Shown here piece after piece: positions 61,504 to 64,000 of a stretch of DNA of 64,000 bases. The stretch spans positions 1-64,000 of the forward strand of contig QPGO01000105.1 of the NCBI GenBank assembly GCA_008632985.1. Reading direction: 5' to 3'. This DNA comes from Psammoneis japonica. Its lineage: Eukaryota. The first letter of the stretch is position 1. The number at the start of each line of letters is the position of its first letter. The translations under genes and the position numbers were made by a program. Under the pieces are notes generated by a model, which saw only the letters and a program-made list of their open reading frames with translations, ran no database searches and was not told where the DNA came from.

Positions 61504-61564
61504 NNNNNNNNNNNNNNNNNNNNNNNNNNNNNNNNNNNNNNNNNNNNNNNNNNNNNNNNNNNNN
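61504..61564. other. Assembly gap (N run) followed by poly-C
   Basis: Run of n characters. Confidence 0.99.
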
Positions 61565-62399
61565 CCCCCCCCCCCCCCCCACTTTCTAAACTGAACTACA
61601 ATCCCACCATGTTCATCGTTGCGAAAGTCAATCATGGTTCAGATGTCTACAACTTCTTCTCCGTAACCTGCAGCGCGCGACGATACCTTCGAGACGAGAT
61701 CATCCTCCTGTGAACTAGACGAGACATTTGGAGTCCCCCAATTGTTGTTGTGTCAGACCCAGCATGAATATCGCTTCCAGTTAGAATTGAATATGATGAA
61801 ACAATACCACTTGAGACGCAACGAGACGACGACTCCAGACCGCATGATAATTTTTCTCCAGGAGAGACGACATGACTCAAGACGGAACGAAATTCCTCGC
61901 CACAGCTGATACCCACAGCATATCCAAGAATGCAGAATCTTTTCATAACTATGAATCAAAAATTAGGTCAAAGAAACGTGAGTGAAGATACGAAATGAAT
62001 GAATAACTTTCTTGTCAATACGAGAGAACGACATTTCTCTTCACAGCTCCCACCCACAGCATACTCAAGACACGTTTCGTAATTATGGTAAGTCGATACA
62101 AGCAATGGGGTTGAACAAAGGAGGTGCAGCGAACGAACAAACATCGGAGTTTGGGTTTTGTCACTCAGAAATGGATGACAACAGAGAAAAAGCCCATCTT
62201 TTGATTTCTACACGACGAATACACCATTTCTCGCCAAAACCAATGGCCGTGCCTAACAGTACCTTCCGAAATCAACGTGAAGGCCTTCCTTGGACGGAAA
62301 CGATGAAGAACAGCTCAAACAAGGCCGAGCATGGGTCGGCAGCGCATCATCACACAAAACTAAAAATCCACGCTCCGGAATAGGAAAAGAGAAAAAAGT

Positions 62400-64000
62400 C
62401 TGCGCGCTCCGCGGTGCGTGTGTGCCGGTGTGTGCAGTCCAGTCAGTGCAGTTGCCGGCAGCCAAAGAGCAGCACGCAAGGTTGATCTTGTGGTGGTGGT
62501 GTGGCCCCATGTCACCTTTTGCCCAACACAGCAGCTGTGGGTCCCAACCCTCAAGTAAATCCAAACTGGCATGGCAGGCATGCTCCTGATGAGTGCACAG
62601 ACTGTCACCGCGGTGCTGTCACGGGGAATTTGATCAAATCTCGCGCCGATGATGGCAATGATTGCGATGCCAAGAAAGCCATCTGAACCTTCGATTCTGC
62701 AAGAACGCACCTGGCACGTGATCAATTGGCATCTGTTCGACAGGCATCTAAGTGCGTTCTCCATGATTTTGATTTTGTGGCGAGCCATTGATGAACATGC
62801 CGATTCAGTCGTTCGTGACACGCCATGTCACGTGCCGAGTCTTCATCAACCACTCATTCGTCGGATTTTCGACACCCGCTGAGAGCAAAAGCCGGCAGAT
62901 GCACAAAGGCAAGTGATGTAGAATCGAAATGGTGTTGTCATTGTGCCAAAGTCTCACCACTTGTTGTCTCACTCAACTGTCACTCAGACGCAGCCAATTT
63001 TCACAGAGTGTCGATCGTCGTGTGAGCTCATCAATGAATCCAATGTCGTTGTCCTGTCGTCAAACCCGTTTTAGCAAAGCCAATGACAAGAGGAATGTTT
63101 TTCAAGACTTTAACAAAGCAACTGCAGTGCAATCAGCCAGTGTTTTTGAGTGGGAGAGGGTGGGGCGTGGGTCGGATTTTGGAGCAAAAATGCAGAGTGA
63201 AGTTGGCGCACTGTTGAAAAGAAGCAGTCAAACAACGTTGACAAAGTCACACATTGATGACACTCTCCTGTAGAAGAATAAATTTATGCAATGGAAGTGC
63301 CCCCTTGCTTGCACATGCTCTAGATTGATCGCAAAAACACAAAAATGTCAAATGTGAAAACAGGAGTGTGTTGCTTGCAATGAGTTTTCATGGATTGCTT
63401 GGCCCATCTGTGGCATGAAAGAGGTCAAACACAGTTGTCACGAGGCCAGCCCTGGATTAGAGAATAGAACACGGCCATGAAATGGGTCTTGTGTTGATGT
63501 TGTCATCCAATCTAGGTGTCGAGAACACTTCATCGTACAGCGAGTCACGTGTCTTGAATCCCGCATGACCCACTCGACTCAACATTTTTGGCAGAATTGG
63601 CTAGACTCTGATCCCCGCTAGGGCCACAAAATGCACAAGATGTGAGCATTGTCAGTCTCCCACCTTTTAAAACAACGTCTTGCGAGAATAGATTGGGTGT
63701 GTGTTGTTCATGGTGTCGGGCATTTGAAAATGGAACCAACATTTCGTGGAGCACCTTTGTCACACGTGAAAGCACGAGGGACAATTTTTAGCCACAGCTC
63801 CACAACTGACGCAACCCTCCACTTGCGACCCCAAAAGTCATCGGGAACTTTGTGCCAGCATGATGTCAGTCGGCTGGAAATGCATTTTGGCAAAAAATGG
63901 GGGGGTTGTGATCACACGTGGAAGCATGACGTTGGGGCCCATGGCAGCAGACTTTTGAGCCCCCAAGCTCCAAAGTGAAAGACCCCATGACAGCACCAGC
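62400..64000. other. Partly TpA-depleted block with isolated units of the 55.8-57.3 kb repeat family
   Basis: gcaaggttgatcttgtggtggtggtgtggccccatgtcacc at about 62476; gctccaaagtgaaagaccccatgacagcacc at about 63967. Confidence 0.7.

Overview
Eukaryotic nuclear DNA, most likely a diatom (inferred from short GT-AG introns, bipartite signal+ASAF-type plastid targeting peptides and a type II LRR membrane protein). Ordinary gene islands (p47/UBX, BAR-like, two MORN, BTB, M64-like peptidase, PDI-C/ERGIC, LRR/Cys-repeat, HAD, two paralogous plastid coiled-coil genes) alternate with sharply bounded blocks almost devoid of TpA, poor in CpG and rich in TpG/CpA. The main observation is a directional TpA->TpG/CpA hypermutation, the reverse of fungal RIP (CpA->TpA). 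It is directly visible in a ~4.97-kb tandem duplication of a bacterial-type NERD-UvrD helicase gene: by manual alignment about 48 of ~60 differences remove a TpA from copy 2 and none create one there. The same signature explains Tyr->Cys/His conversion in a BTB-nucleotidyltransferase ORF and a DHHC fragment, and the glut of Tyr-free spurious ORFs in the depleted blocks. All counts and domain calls are by eye; no searches were run.
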